In this document: positions 7,611-15,415 of the stretch, one piece after another | Layout of the letters: each line of letters starts with the position of its first letter | How positions within the stretch are numbered: position 1 is the stretch's first letter | Origin: an uncultured virus (IMG/VR IMGVR_UViG_3300025418_001062) | Lineage: Duplodnaviria > Heunggongvirae > Uroviricota > Caudoviricetes | Virus record (IMG/VR): IMGVR_UViG_3300025418_001062 | DNA length: 20,000 nucleotides | Reading direction: 5' to 3' (one strand) | The notes under the pieces: generated by a model | What the model was told of the DNA's origin: nothing | Databases searched by the model: none | What the model saw: only the letters and a program-made list of their open reading frames with translations | Made by a program: the position numbers and the translations under genes

Positions 7611-7655
7611 GGTAATCCCTTCTGATAAAAGCACCGGCTTTTCCGGTACTCAACC

Positions 7656-7684
7656 ATTGTATCAGGGGTTTGTGTCCTTGTCAA
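7656..7684 (-). promoter_or_regulatory. cassette promoter + leader hairpin (overlaps 3' end of upstream ORF)
   Basis: TTGACA-17-TACAAT, TG extension; hairpin ACCGG-AAAAG-CCGGT. Confidence 0.85.
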
Positions 7685-7952
7685 GCCAAGTCCAACCTTT
7701 TTCTTCAAGGTCTTCTCGGAACTCCTGCGCCGCCTCTGGTGTGGTGAACGCTGTGGCCTTAGTTAGTGCAACTGCGTCTGGGCGAATACCCTTGTCACGC
7801 TGTAGCAGTCGCATAACCTGCGACTTCGGATTAGGCTTCTCTACGGCTTCCTGCAACTCTGTCCAAGTCACCTCGTCACTGCGCACAAGCAAAAGCCCGT
7901 CAGCGATGCCTATAAGCCCGTCTGCCGTCACGAAATACAAGTTCTGTGTCAT
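7662..7952 (-). CDS. hypothetical protein
   Basis: ATG 7952 with GGAAGG RBS; only an extended -10 (TGTCATACT, 7992-8000) upstream. Confidence 0.7.
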   Translation of the reverse strand: MTQNLYFVTADGLIGIADGLLLVRSDEVTWTELQEAVEKPNPKSQVMRLLQRDKGIRPDAVALTKATAFTTPEAAQEFREDLEEKGWTWLDKDTNP

Positions 7953-8011
7953 CTGATACCTTCCCATAAATAACCCGTCTGAGGGGCTTACAGTATGACA
8001 CGTAATTATTC

Positions 8012-8040
8012 TTGACTTTCACTCACGCATACGCTATAAT
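8012..8040 (+). promoter_or_regulatory. ORF-less divergent promoter
   Basis: TTGACT-17-TATAAT pointing into the CGCG block. Confidence 0.65.
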
Positions 8041-8171
8041 TAGTCGTGCGATAATTTTTCCCCATCTTTTTCTCAAAAACTGGCTACTTTCGCCCGTAGT
8101 TTCTTTAGAAATCCTCTCGCGTACGCGATTCGCGTACCCGCGCCTACGCGATTCGCGTATACACGCACGCG

Positions 8172-8221
8172 AAAAAAATGGCGGAGCCGGAGCGAACACA
8201 CGTTCGCCCCGACCCCCTGCC
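8172..8221 (-). terminator. terminator of ardC containing LexA-box-like palindrome
   Basis: hairpin + T7 on - strand; CGAAC-ACAC-GTTCG at 8193-8206. Confidence 0.65.
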
Positions 8222-8222
8222 A

Positions 8223-9113
8223 CTACTCGGCTTCCACCGTCTCCGTCTCTGCGCCGGTGATGAAGTTCGTAGCCTTCTGCGCCCGACCCACTGCCTTGAC
8301 TAGCATCTTCGGGTCGTTCTTCAGAACCTTCAGCCAAGACTTGATGTAAGCGGTGCTGTTGTCCAATGTCTCGGGCAGTACACCGGTCTCACTGCACAAA
8401 AACGCACTCGTGAACTCTGCCACCAATTCCTCTTCGCTGTAGAGTTCGCTACCGAAGTAGTGGTTTTCCACGATGCCGTCACGGTTCAGGCGTGACTTGT
8501 GACCGGTTGAGTGACCCATCTCGTGAAACGCCGTTGCATAGAACGAACTATCGCTCACGAAGTTGGACTGCTGGGGAAGTTGGATACCGTCTCGACTAGG
8601 TGAGTAGTAGGCTCGGTTTCCACCAAAGGCTAGGCTCGGTGCATTGTCACGGGCGAAGTAGTTGTCCATAATCTTCTGGGCGCTCTCGACGACCTCTACG
8701 GAATTGCGCGCAGTGGGCTTTTCGTAGGCTGGCGCTTTCCCGTCTTCCCACGTCGCTTGCTGGGCGTTGAACACGGTGAAGTAGCGCATCACCACTGCCT
8801 TCTTCTTGTCCCCGTCAGCGTTTTCGGTCTCAAACTGCTTCCACAGGACTACGGGAGTGCCCCTCTCGCCCTTCGTGACCACGCCTCCACGCTCGGTAAT
8901 CTGCTTGAACGTTCCCCACCACGGGCTTTCGTAGCCCTTGTCCATAGCCTCAAACGTCAAGAGCATAAAGTTCATACCCTTGTAGGTCTTGCCACTGCTC
9001 ATTGACTTAGGCTTGTATCCGTAGGCTATCCATTCCTTGCGCCACGGTGCGACGTTGTTTTCCAGTTGCTTGATGATAGTCTGGGCGACTACCTCGTAAG
9101 CGGTCTTGCTCAT
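8223..9113 (-). CDS. ardC: antirestriction protein ArdC (ssDNA-binding N-domain + zincin-like metallopeptidase domain)
   Basis: IIKQLE...PWRKEW, YKGMN, W.TFKQ..G..V.KGERG, YFTVFN..Q, AYYSP..D.I.LP, FHEMGHSTGHKSRLNR (HExxH), YSEEELVAE, YIKSWL. Confidence 0.93.
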   Translation of the reverse strand: MSKTAYEVVAQTIIKQLENNVAPWRKEWIAYGYKPKSMSSGKTYKGMNFMLLTFEAMDKGYESPWWGTFKQITERGGVVTKGERGTPVVLWKQFETENADGDKKKAVVMRYFTVFNAQQATWEDGKAPAYEKPTARNSVEVVESAQKIMDNYFARDNAPSLAFGGNRAYYSPSRDGIQLPQQSNFVSDSSFYATAFHEMGHSTGHKSRLNRDGIVENHYFGSELYSEEELVAEFTSAFLCSETGVLPETLDNSTAYIKSWLKVLKNDPKMLVKAVGRAQKATNFITGAETETVEAE

Positions 9114-9158
9114 TTGCTTGCTCCTTTGATTAGTTGCTCCGCATTTCGGAACGTATCC

Positions 9159-9187
9159 ATTATGACAGGTCTCGGCGTCGCTGTCAA
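9159..9187 (-). promoter_or_regulatory. ardC promoter + leader hairpin
   Basis: TTGACA-17-CATAAT, TG extension; hairpin TCCG-AAATG-CGGA; AAAGGAG RBS. Confidence 0.85.
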
Positions 9188-9234
9188 GTCAAAACGTATC
9201 TTTTTTTTAGATAGGGACTATCTGCCTTTGATAC

Positions 9235-9263
9235 TTGACTTTTGGTGTGGCCTATGGTATAAT
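9235..9263 (+). promoter_or_regulatory. ORF-less divergent promoter
   Basis: TTGACT-17-TATAAT with TG extension. Confidence 0.7.
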
Positions 9264-9388
9264 TTCCCCATACGTTTTCTAAAAATCCTCGGGTCGCTTC
9301 GCGTGCATACGTACGCGATACGCGATTCGCGTGCCTACATACGCGAAATCCCCCAATTGGGGGCAGGCTTGCGCCCACCCCCAACCGA

Positions 9389-9784
9389 TTAGAACGGGTC
9401 GCTGGTCACGCCCCAGTCGCAGAGGATACTGATAATCTGATAACTGTCGGTAGGCTCATCACCCCACGACATACCGCCGGTAATCACATACTCCTTACCG
9501 CCCAAGTTGAGAGACGCAACGTCACGAACCCAGCCCCTACCGAAGACTGACCTCACCTGCTCCAAGAGTTTGTTCAGAACGGTCTGGCGTTCTTCAGCGT
9601 CTTCTTTTTCATCACCGGTCTGCTCAACCCAGACACCGAAATCTTCCAACTCCTCCCAACGCTCAACGAACATTTCAGAGAAACGCTCGCAAACCTTCTC
9701 AGCCAATTCTGTGCTACTCTGCAGAGAGTAGCCCGTCGCATCAAACGGCCACTCACACACTGCGTAAGTAAAATCTGCACCCAT
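9389..9784 (-). CDS. acidic hypothetical protein
   Basis: AAAGGAG RBS; MGADF...ITGGMSWGDEPTD. Confidence 0.85.
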   Translation of the reverse strand: MGADFTYAVCEWPFDATGYSLQSSTELAEKVCERFSEMFVERWEELEDFGVWVEQTGDEKEDAEERQTVLNKLLEQVRSVFGRGWVRDVASLNLGGKEYVITGGMSWGDEPTDSYQIISILCDWGVTSDPF

Positions 9785-9826
9785 TGTAATCTCCTTTTCT
9801 CTGGTAGCACTTTTTGCTACTCAACC

Positions 9827-9855
9827 ATTATACAGACACCCTGACTAAATTGCAA
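9827..9855 (-). promoter_or_regulatory. cassette promoter + leader hairpin
   Basis: TTGCAA-17-TATAAT; hairpin GTAGCA-AAAAG-TGCTAC. Confidence 0.8.
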
Positions 9856-9962
9856 GTCATCTTTTCTAAAATCTCCTCGCGTACGCGATAACGTGCCTAT
9901 ACGCGAACTAAACCCAACGGGTCATCGGGGGCTGGGCTTTCGCCCAACCCCCTACCCGTTGC

Positions 9963-10370
9963 CTAAGCGAGACCCCTCAGGTTGTCTAGGGCGTTCTCCA
10001 AGTCCGCAAGCGAACTCTCAAGGTTGCTACTTGCATCTTCGGCGCTACTCTCAACGCTGTCGGCGCTCCGCTTCAGGTCATAGATTTCAGACTGCAAATC
10101 ATCAATAGCCGCTTTGCTATCCTCGGAGTTAGAGATAGCCGTCTCCACCAAATCAACCAAAGTATCAAAGTCTTCACGCTGAACGACGATAACGTCATCA
10201 CCCATCAGGGACTTAGCCAACTCAATAATCTGACCCTTGACATTTGAGAGGTATGCTTCACGCTCGGAGAGGTCATTCTCCTTAGCGGTCAATGTCCGGT
10301 ATCGGGCTTCCAACGCCAACTCGGTGCTGGTCTTTGAGGTCTCCTCAACCCCGTTGATGAACTGCTCCAT
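9963..10370 (-). CDS. acidic coiled-coil protein
   Basis: AAAGGA RBS; heptad-like helical sequence throughout. Confidence 0.85.
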   Translation of the reverse strand: MEQFINGVEETSKTSTELALEARYRTLTAKENDLSEREAYLSNVKGQIIELAKSLMGDDVIVVQREDFDTLVDLVETAISNSEDSKAAIDDLQSEIYDLKRSADSVESSAEDASSNLESSLADLENALDNLRGLA

Positions 10371-10418
10371 TGCTGTATTCCTTTCGGTAATTTGTCTCGG
10401 CGTTTCCTCGACCTAACT

Positions 10419-10447
10419 AGTATGCCATAGGTCGGGGCAAAAGTCAA
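10419..10447 (-). promoter_or_regulatory. cassette promoter + leader hairpin
   Basis: TTGACT-17-CATACT, TG extension; hairpin GTCGAGG-AAACG-CCGAGAC. Confidence 0.8.
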
Positions 10448-10494
10448 ATCGTTTTCCAACTATTTTTGAGATAGGGGCTATCTCCTTTTGATGC

Positions 10495-10523
10495 TTGACT
10501 TTTGTGGCCCCGTGTGCTAAAAT
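10495..10523 (+). promoter_or_regulatory. ORF-less divergent promoter
   Basis: TTGACT-17-TAAAAT with TG extension. Confidence 0.65.
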
Positions 10524-10653
10524 CTCCCCAACTTTATTTGTAAAATCTCCTCGCGTGCGTGTTCGCGTGTATGTGTACGCGATACGCGATTCGCGTGTAT
10601 GCGGGCATACGCGAAGGGGGTGTTTCAGGTGGGGGTCGCCCCCCACCCTACTC

Positions 10654-11112
10654 CTACTCGTCGTCTCCCTCATTCCACGGCACTACCTCAAACATCGCAC
10701 CCATTTCGTCGTGGCTAGAGCGAACGACGGTCAGGGTCTTGTTGTCTTCGCTCAACTCCCAGCGAAGAATGAAGTCCCCGTTCAGGGTCAGGTTGTTCAG
10801 CAGTTCCCTGAACGCGGTCAGTCGTCCCGTGTGTCCGCTACCGTTAGTCCAACCCATACGCCGACCATAGATAGCAAACTCGTCGGTTTCGTTCGCCAGG
10901 CACCACGGAGTAAAGGCGTTGTAGGCAAAGTCTTCGGTTGCGAAGTCCCAGCACTCGCCGGAGCAGGACTCATAGGCAGGTGTGCAGGGTGTCCCGCAGT
11001 CGCAGTTTTCGGGATAGGTGTCGTCCGTGAAAGTCATCTCGCAACTAGGGCAGTGGTAGCAGGTGCAACTAGAGGTGATTACTCCCTTAGCAGGGTAAGT
11101 GGTTGTGGTCAT
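10654..11112 (-). CDS. Cys-rich (probable Zn-binding) hypothetical protein
   Basis: AAAGGAG RBS; CTCYHCPSC...CDC..C....CSGEC; C-terminal RSSHDEMG. Confidence 0.85.
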   Translation of the reverse strand: MTTTTYPAKGVITSSCTCYHCPSCEMTFTDDTYPENCDCGTPCTPAYESCSGECWDFATEDFAYNAFTPWCLANETDEFAIYGRRMGWTNGSGHTGRLTAFRELLNNLTLNGDFILRWELSEDNKTLTVVRSSHDEMGAMFEVVPWNEGDDE

Positions 11113-11152
11113 TGTTTCTCCTTTTCGTTATACCGCTTTTCGGTATGTATCC

Positions 11153-11181
11153 ATTATGGCAGGTGCAGGGAAGAAAGTCAA
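11153..11181 (-). promoter_or_regulatory. cassette promoter + leader hairpin
   Basis: TTGACT-17-CATAAT, TG extension; hairpin ATACCG-AAAAG-CGGTAT. Confidence 0.85.
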
Positions 11182-11228
11182 GCCGGTTTCAATCTTTTTT
11201 TGAGATAGGCATTATCTGTAGAATTGAC

Positions 11229-11257
11229 TTGACTTGTGGCCGACGTTATGGTATAAT
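11229..11257 (+). promoter_or_regulatory. ORF-less divergent promoter
   Basis: TTGACT-17-TATAAT with TG extension. Confidence 0.7.
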
Positions 11258-11368
11258 TTTTCCCCAACTTTATTTGTAAAATTGCCATTGTCATCTCGTG
11301 CACGCGATTCGCATACGCGATTCCTGCACGCGATTCGCGTACGGGTGCACACACGCGAAAAAGAGAGT

Positions 11369-11428
11369 GGGGATACCTCAAGGGGGCGGGGTCAAGTGAC
11401 CCCACCCCCTCGGCGTATCAGTGAGGGG
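11369..11428. repeat. 60-bp duplication copy 1 (terminator hairpin + ardA 3'-end-like bases)
   Basis: 58/60 identical to 11945-12004. Confidence 0.9.
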
Positions 11429-11453
11429 GTGCTGTGATAGCCACCCCACTCCC

Positions 11454-11759
11454 CTAGTCTTCCCCGAAACCCTGTTCAATCAGAACGGTGAAACCCTTGT
11501 TAGGGTCTTCACCCTCTAGTGCGCTCCTGACAGACTGAACGAAGCGCAGACTGCAAGACTCCTCAAACCATTCCTCAACCGCGCAAAGCATCTCGTACTC
11601 GCTGGCGCTGTCCAGTGTGATGACGTGTTCGTACTGGTAGCCGACCATTTTATCCACTTGTTCATCGTCCATCAGAACGTAGATTTTGTGGCAACCGTCC
11701 CAGGCAACGCCCTTAGCAACACTAATGGCGTCCTCTACGTCGTACCATACAGACTTCAT
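11454..11759 (-). CDS. acidic hypothetical phage protein (101 aa)
   Basis: start reassigned to ATG 11759 (AAAGGG RBS); AWDGCHKIY...WFEESCSLRFV. Confidence 0.85.
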   Translation of the reverse strand: MKSVWYDVEDAISVAKGVAWDGCHKIYVLMDDEQVDKMVGYQYEHVITLDSASEYEMLCAVEEWFEESCSLRFVQSVRSALEGEDPNKGFTVLIEQGFGED

Positions 11760-11797
11760 TTTTTCCCTTTCGCTACCGACGTTTTCGGTATGCAAAC

Positions 11798-11826
11798 ATC
11801 ATAGCAGGTGTTTTTCCAAAAGTCAA
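11798..11826 (-). promoter_or_regulatory. cassette promoter + leader hairpin
   Basis: TTGACT-17-TATGAT, TG extension; hairpin TACCGA-AAACG-TCGGTA. Confidence 0.85.
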
Positions 11827-11944
11827 GTCACCTCGAAGATTTTTTCCCCATCTTTTTTTGTAAAATCCTCATCGCGTGGCCGATTACGCGATTCGCGCGC
11901 GCCTACGCGATTCGCGTACAGGGGCATACACGCGAAAAAAATGG

Positions 11945-12004
11945 GGGGATACCTCAAGGGGGCAGGGTCAAGTGACCCCACCCCCTCGGCGTATTAGTGA
12001 GGGG
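11945..12004. repeat. 60-bp duplication copy 2 (ardA terminator and last codons)
   Basis: 58/60 identical to 11369-11428. Confidence 0.9.
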
Positions 12005-12308
12005 AGAAGACGAAACCGTCGGAGATGTAGTAGCCGTCCATCTCCAAGTCTCGCCACACCGCCGCATAGTCAATGTAGTAGCGCAGGTTTTCGGGAATGT
12101 CTAGGGTATTGTCAAACAGTTCCTCGGCGTATTCCTTGCCGTCTGAGTATTCACCCTGATAGGCATCTTCGCACGCTCGGACAATGTTGTCAGCGTCTTC
12201 GGTAGCCCAGTAAAAAGCGTCATTTTCATAGAATGCCGTAAGCGCACCCTCGGAAACCGTGTAGTTGCGCTCCTCATTAGCCGCTAGGGCCTCTTCCAAT
12301 GTAGCCAT
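11994..12308 (-). CDS. ardA: ArdA-like antirestriction protein (short, C-terminal domain type; acidic DNA mimic)
   Basis: YQGEYSDGKEYAEELFD...IPENLRYYIDYAAVWRDLEMDGY..DGFVF matches the ArdA C-terminal signature; strongly acidic. Confidence 0.8.
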   Translation of the reverse strand: MATLEEALAANEERNYTVSEGALTAFYENDAFYWATEDADNIVRACEDAYQGEYSDGKEYAEELFDNTLDIPENLRYYIDYAAVWRDLEMDGYYISDGFVFSPH

Positions 12309-12350
12309 TTTTTTGCCTTTCGTTTTTGTACCGCATTTCGGTACTCAACC

Positions 12351-12379
12351 ATTATGGCAGGTCTTCGGCACTTTGTCAA
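12351..12379 (-). promoter_or_regulatory. ardA promoter + leader hairpin
   Basis: TTGACA-17-CATAAT, TG extension; hairpin GTACCG-AAATG-CGGTAC. Confidence 0.85.
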
Positions 12380-12427
12380 GTCGGTTTCTAATCTTTTTTT
12401 GAGATAGGCGTTATCTCTAAAATTGAC

Positions 12428-12456
12428 TTGACTTTTCCCCGCTCGTGTGGTAAAAT
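12428..12456 (+). promoter_or_regulatory. ORF-less divergent promoter
   Basis: TTGACT-17-TAAAAT with TG extension. Confidence 0.65.
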
Positions 12457-12570
12457 TTCCCCACATTGTTTGTAAAATCCTCTTCGCGTGGCCTTAGCGT
12501 ACGCGAAGCATACGCGATTCCTACGCGATTCGCGTATACACCTACGCGAAACAATGGCCGTGAAAAAAAG

Positions 12571-12590
12571 TTTTCCACAGGTTATCCACA
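12571..12590 (+). promoter_or_regulatory. tandem DnaA boxes
   Basis: TTTTCCACA (12571-12579) and TTATCCACA (12582-12590), both fit TTWTNCACA; 11-bp period. Confidence 0.6.
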
Positions 12591-12630
12591 GGGGGTCGGG
12601 CGAACCAACCCGACCCCCTGCACCTGCTCT

Positions 12631-12987
12631 CTAGCCGTAAATCAGTTTCCCGAAGAGGGCATACTGCAAAACGTAGTCGGATACACAGGCGTCCCAGTCG
12701 CTCACGTCTGACGAGACCGGCTGGCCACAGTGATACTTACCCTCGCTCAAAATCTGCGAGTAAGCCTTAGCCAAGTCCTCAACGGTGACGACGGTGCGCC
12801 CGCTCATTTCGCCCTCGTCGCCCGAAGGGTCGTCGTAGATGACCTCAACGGCGGTCTGCGCTGGCACTGCCTGCCAGTCCCAGTCAATCTGACCGACCCA
12901 CGGGCTACTGCTCTGCCACAGGTTGTCAAACACACCACTCATAAGCCGGTTGTCCTCAACCTCAATTTCGTAGATTACCTTTGCCAT
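12631..12987 (-). CDS. hypothetical phage protein (118 aa)
   Basis: start reassigned to ATG 12987 (AAAGG RBS); C-terminal DACVSDYVLQYALFGKLIYG. Confidence 0.85.
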   Translation of the reverse strand: MAKVIYEIEVEDNRLMSGVFDNLWQSSSPWVGQIDWDWQAVPAQTAVEVIYDDPSGDEGEMSGRTVVTVEDLAKAYSQILSEGKYHCGQPVSSDVSDWDACVSDYVLQYALFGKLIYG

Positions 12988-13025
12988 AACTGCCTTTCTT
13001 GTCTCGGCGTTTCCTCGACTTATCC

Positions 13026-13054
13026 AAGATACCATACCCAGCCCAGAATTGCAA
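13026..13054 (-). promoter_or_regulatory. cassette promoter + leader hairpin
   Basis: TTGCAA-17-TATCTT, TG extension; hairpin GTCGAGG-AAACG-CCGAGAC. Confidence 0.75.
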
Positions 13055-13091
13055 ATCACAAAAATAGATAGCGGCTATCTCTAAAATTGAC

Positions 13092-13121
13092 TTGACAAGG
13101 TTGCCCGCCGTGTGGTATAAT
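13092..13121 (+). promoter_or_regulatory. ORF-less divergent promoter
   Basis: TTGACA-18-TATAAT with TG extension. Confidence 0.7.
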
Positions 13122-13252
13122 GTTTCCCCAGTTTTTTTCTAAAAACTCCTTCGCGTGTGTGCGTGTATGTACGCGAGGTATACGCGATTCGCGTGCGCGT
13201 ACGCCCCTATACGCGATGGGGGTTTGGCTGTCTCCCGACAGTCACCCCTTGC

Positions 13253-13534
13253 CTAATCCTTGCAACAGCCCCCGCAGTCACCGCAGTCACCGCACCGCCC
13301 ATCTCGGCTAGAGAGGTCATAGGGCGCTTCGCAGGTGTCGCACTCTCCTGTTACATCATTATCATACACAGTTAGGTCAGTCAATTCACAGTCGTAGTGA
13401 TAATAGTCTCCATCTGTATAAGTGCTAATGGCATGTGTTTCTGGTGTCTCTCCCTGGGCTAAATCGCTCTCAAAGAAATCCACTTCGTAGTAGCGCACCG
13501 TTCGCACAATCGCACTGTAGTGTTTCTCTCCCAT
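13253..13534 (-). CDS. acidic protein with C-terminal Cys cluster (93 aa)
   Basis: ATG 13534 coupled to upstream TAA; CDTC...CGDCGDCGGCC. Confidence 0.75.
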   Translation of the reverse strand: MGEKHYSAIVRTVRYYEVDFFESDLAQGETPETHAISTYTDGDYYHYDCELTDLTVYDNDVTGECDTCEAPYDLSSRDGRCGDCGDCGGCCKD

Positions 13535-13710
13535 TACTTGCGCCCCCTTCCAGCGCCCTGACGAGTTCCACGCATCGCTTGCTTGTGGTTGCGACGTGCG
13601 CACTTACCGCACACAGTCCCTGATAGGTAGCCCAATGGGTCATTGTGCCCACATCGTGCGACCATTGTGTCTAGCGCCTCTAACGTGCGCTCTAATTGGT
13701 TAGTCTTCAT
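13534..13710 (-). CDS. small basic Zn-finger-like protein (58 aa)
   Basis: Not in ORF track; AAAGG RBS; RCGH...CGKC and basic tail. Confidence 0.7.
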   Translation of the reverse strand: MKTNQLERTLEALDTMVARCGHNDPLGYLSGTVCGKCARRNHKQAMRGTRQGAGRGRK

Positions 13711-13747
13711 TTCTGCCTTTCATCGCCGGTCATTTACCGACCTAAAC

Positions 13748-13776
13748 AGTATGCCACGCCCAGCCAAGAATTGCAA
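13748..13776 (-). promoter_or_regulatory. cassette promoter + leader hairpin
   Basis: TTGCAA-17-CATACT, TG extension; hairpin CGGT-AAATG-ACCG. Confidence 0.75.
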
Positions 13777-13874
13777 ATCATTTTGAGAGATAGCAAGTAT
13801 CTTTTTTCTAGATACCTCGAGACTTCGCGTACGCGCGTAGGCGGGCGCACACGCGAATGGGGGGCAGAGTAGAG

Positions 13875-13888
13875 CGAACGTGTGTTCG
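13875..13888. promoter_or_regulatory. LexA (Cheo/SOS)-box-like palindrome inside terminator hairpin
   Basis: CGAAC-GTGT-GTTCG. Confidence 0.5.
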
Positions 13889-13902
13889 CCCTACCCTTGC
13901 GC

Positions 13903-14070
13903 CTACCGTGAGAGAAACTCTTCCACGCTCTCCCGTGAATACGTCCCGCCCTCTTCGTCATCTTGTTCTGAGAGAAACGCCATAATCGCCTGATTAGTCA
14001 CCCAGCCCATTCCGCCAAAGTGTTCCCCGATAGCCTTAGCCACCTCGGTCATCGTCATAGTGTCTTCCAT
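13903..14070 (-). CDS. acidic small protein (55 aa)
   Basis: Not in ORF track; AAAGG RBS, own promoter and terminator; MEDTMTMTEVAKAIGEHFGGMGW... Confidence 0.75.
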   Translation of the reverse strand: MEDTMTMTEVAKAIGEHFGGMGWVTNQAIMAFLSEQDDEEGGTYSRESVEEFLSR

Positions 14071-14106
14071 AGTTGCCTTTCTTGTCGGTCATTTACCGAC
14101 AAAACC

Positions 14107-14135
14107 AGCATAGCAGGGGCAGACAAAAAAAGCAA
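14107..14135 (-). promoter_or_regulatory. cassette promoter + leader hairpin
   Basis: TTGCTT-17-TATGCT, TG extension; hairpin GTCGGT-AAATG-ACCGAC. Confidence 0.75.
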
Positions 14136-14205
14136 GTTCATTTTCCAAAAACTTCCTCGGGCACGCGATTCGCGTAAGTGCGCACGCGAACCCCCCTTCC
14201 TGCCT

Positions 14206-14460
14206 TTACCAGCGCAGGGCGTTGAGGTGATAGCGGTTCCCGCCGAGACGGTCTCCACACAAGTCACAAGGGGCGTAGGAGAATGAGGGGCTATCGTTAT
14301 ACTCCACGCTGAATGAGGTGCGAGGCCACTCGTCAAGGCCGGCCAAAATACGTTCTTCGTCAGTAGGGTCTAAGTCCATCTCACGGACACCGTACTGGCT
14401 CGCATAAACGCAGTCGGGGCAAACAAGAAGGGTGATTACTTCATAAACTTCGTTAGGCAT
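14206..14460 (-). CDS. Zn-binding hypothetical protein
   Basis: CPDC...FSYAPCDLCGDRLGGNRY; GAGG RBS. Confidence 0.85.
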   Translation of the reverse strand: MPNEVYEVITLLVCPDCVYASQYGVREMDLDPTDEERILAGLDEWPRTSFSVEYNDSPSFSYAPCDLCGDRLGGNRYHLNALRW

Positions 14461-14500
14461 AATTTCCTCTTTTCTCTTAGGGCGTTTTCCCTATGCAACC

Positions 14501-14529
14501 ATTGTACAGGCTCCCCCCAACTTTGTCAA
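14501..14529 (-). promoter_or_regulatory. cassette promoter + leader hairpin
   Basis: TTGACA-17-TACAAT; hairpin TAGGG-AAAACG-CCCTA. Confidence 0.8.
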
Positions 14530-14663
14530 GTCGGGCACGCGAGAATAATTTCCCCCCATTTGCTTTGTAAAATCTCCAAATCTCGCGCGCTGTACGCGTT
14601 CGCGTGCGAGCGTACGCGATTCGCGTGCGCGGGCGTGCGTGCGCATACGCGAGGCTTCGACGT

Positions 14664-14706
14664 AAAAAAAGTCGGGGCAGTCAGTCCTGAGACCGACCAC
14701 CCCGAC
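14664..14706 (-). terminator. intrinsic terminator
   Basis: GTCGGGG...CCCCGAC stem followed by T7 on - strand. Confidence 0.75.
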
Positions 14707-14714
14707 CCCTTTGC

Positions 14715-14909
14715 CTAGTAGATAGAAACGAGGTGATGCACAGCGAGGTAATCGTTGTTGTTGTTGTCGTTGGGGGCGAGACCAAGACCTTCCAGCAGGG
14801 CGTTGAGGTGCTTTGCCAATTCGGTTGCTTCTGCTTCCGGATAGTCACCGGCGAGGTAGATGACTTCGTCGTTGTTATCCAGCACCGCTACACAAAACAG
14901 TTTTTCCAT
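14715..14909 (-). CDS. small hypothetical protein
   Basis: AAAGG RBS, own promoter and terminator. Confidence 0.8.
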   Translation of the reverse strand: MEKLFCVAVLDNNDEVIYLAGDYPEAEATELAKHLNALLEGLGLAPNDNNNNDYLAVHHLVSIY

Positions 14910-14946
14910 TGTTGCCTTTCGTTGCCGGTCATTTGCCGACCCTAAA

Positions 14947-14976
14947 ATTGTGCCATACGGAGAGGGTCGGCGTCAA
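14947..14976 (-). promoter_or_regulatory. cassette promoter + leader hairpin
   Basis: TTGACG-18-CACAAT, TG extension; hairpin GTCGGC-AAATG-ACCGGC. Confidence 0.65.
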
Positions 14977-15117
14977 TTCCATTTGAGAGATAGCCACTAT
15001 CTGTTTTCTAGATAACCCAAAACTCTCCCGCACGCGATTCGCGTAAACACGTACGCGAGGTATTGTCCCTGAAATCTCGCGTGCATACATACGCGAAGAG
15101 AGGGGGGAGACCGAGGG

Positions 15118-15131
15118 CGAACACTTGTTCG
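15118..15131. promoter_or_regulatory. LexA-box-like palindrome inside terminator hairpin
   Basis: CGAAC-ACTT-GTTCG. Confidence 0.5.
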
Positions 15132-15147
15132 CCCTCAGCCCCTCTGC

Positions 15148-15348
15148 CTAGATAACCTTGATGAACTTGCGGTTGTCAAAGGCGTTTTGCGCCGACGTGA
15201 TGAACGCCTGCGCTTGGTCGGCGTGGTCGAAGAAGAACGTCACGCCTGCGAACGATACCGTCACGCTCCGTGTCAAATCGTTGCAGACAACTTCCGTAAT
15301 CTCCTCTTGCGAAGGGAACACATCTACGCTGTGAATGTTGCTAATCAT
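15148..15348 (-). CDS. small hypothetical protein (66 aa)
   Basis: start reassigned to ATG 15348 (MISNIHSVDVF). Confidence 0.75.
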   Translation of the reverse strand: MISNIHSVDVFPSQEEITEVVCNDLTRSVTVSFAGVTFFFDHADQAQAFITSAQNAFDNRKFIKVI

Positions 15349-15387
15349 TGCTGTCTCTTTTCCTACCGGCTTTTCCGGTATGTATCC

Positions 15388-15415
15388 ATTGTAGCAGGTT
15401 TTCGGCACGATGCAA
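15388..15415 (-). promoter_or_regulatory. cassette promoter + leader hairpin
   Basis: TTGCAT-16-TACAAT, TG extension; hairpin TACCGG-AAAAG-CCGGTA. Confidence 0.7.

Noticed and set aside
10495..11208. 237-aa + strand ORF (and other + strand ORFs such as 5543-5983, 7263-7586, 15187-15633, 17506-17997)
   Set aside because: Antisense shadows of - strand genes that have clear promoters, RBSs and terminators.
14752..14771. (GTT)n microsatellite
   Set aside because: Simply encodes the NDNNNND stretch of ORF 14715-14909; too short to suggest phase variation.
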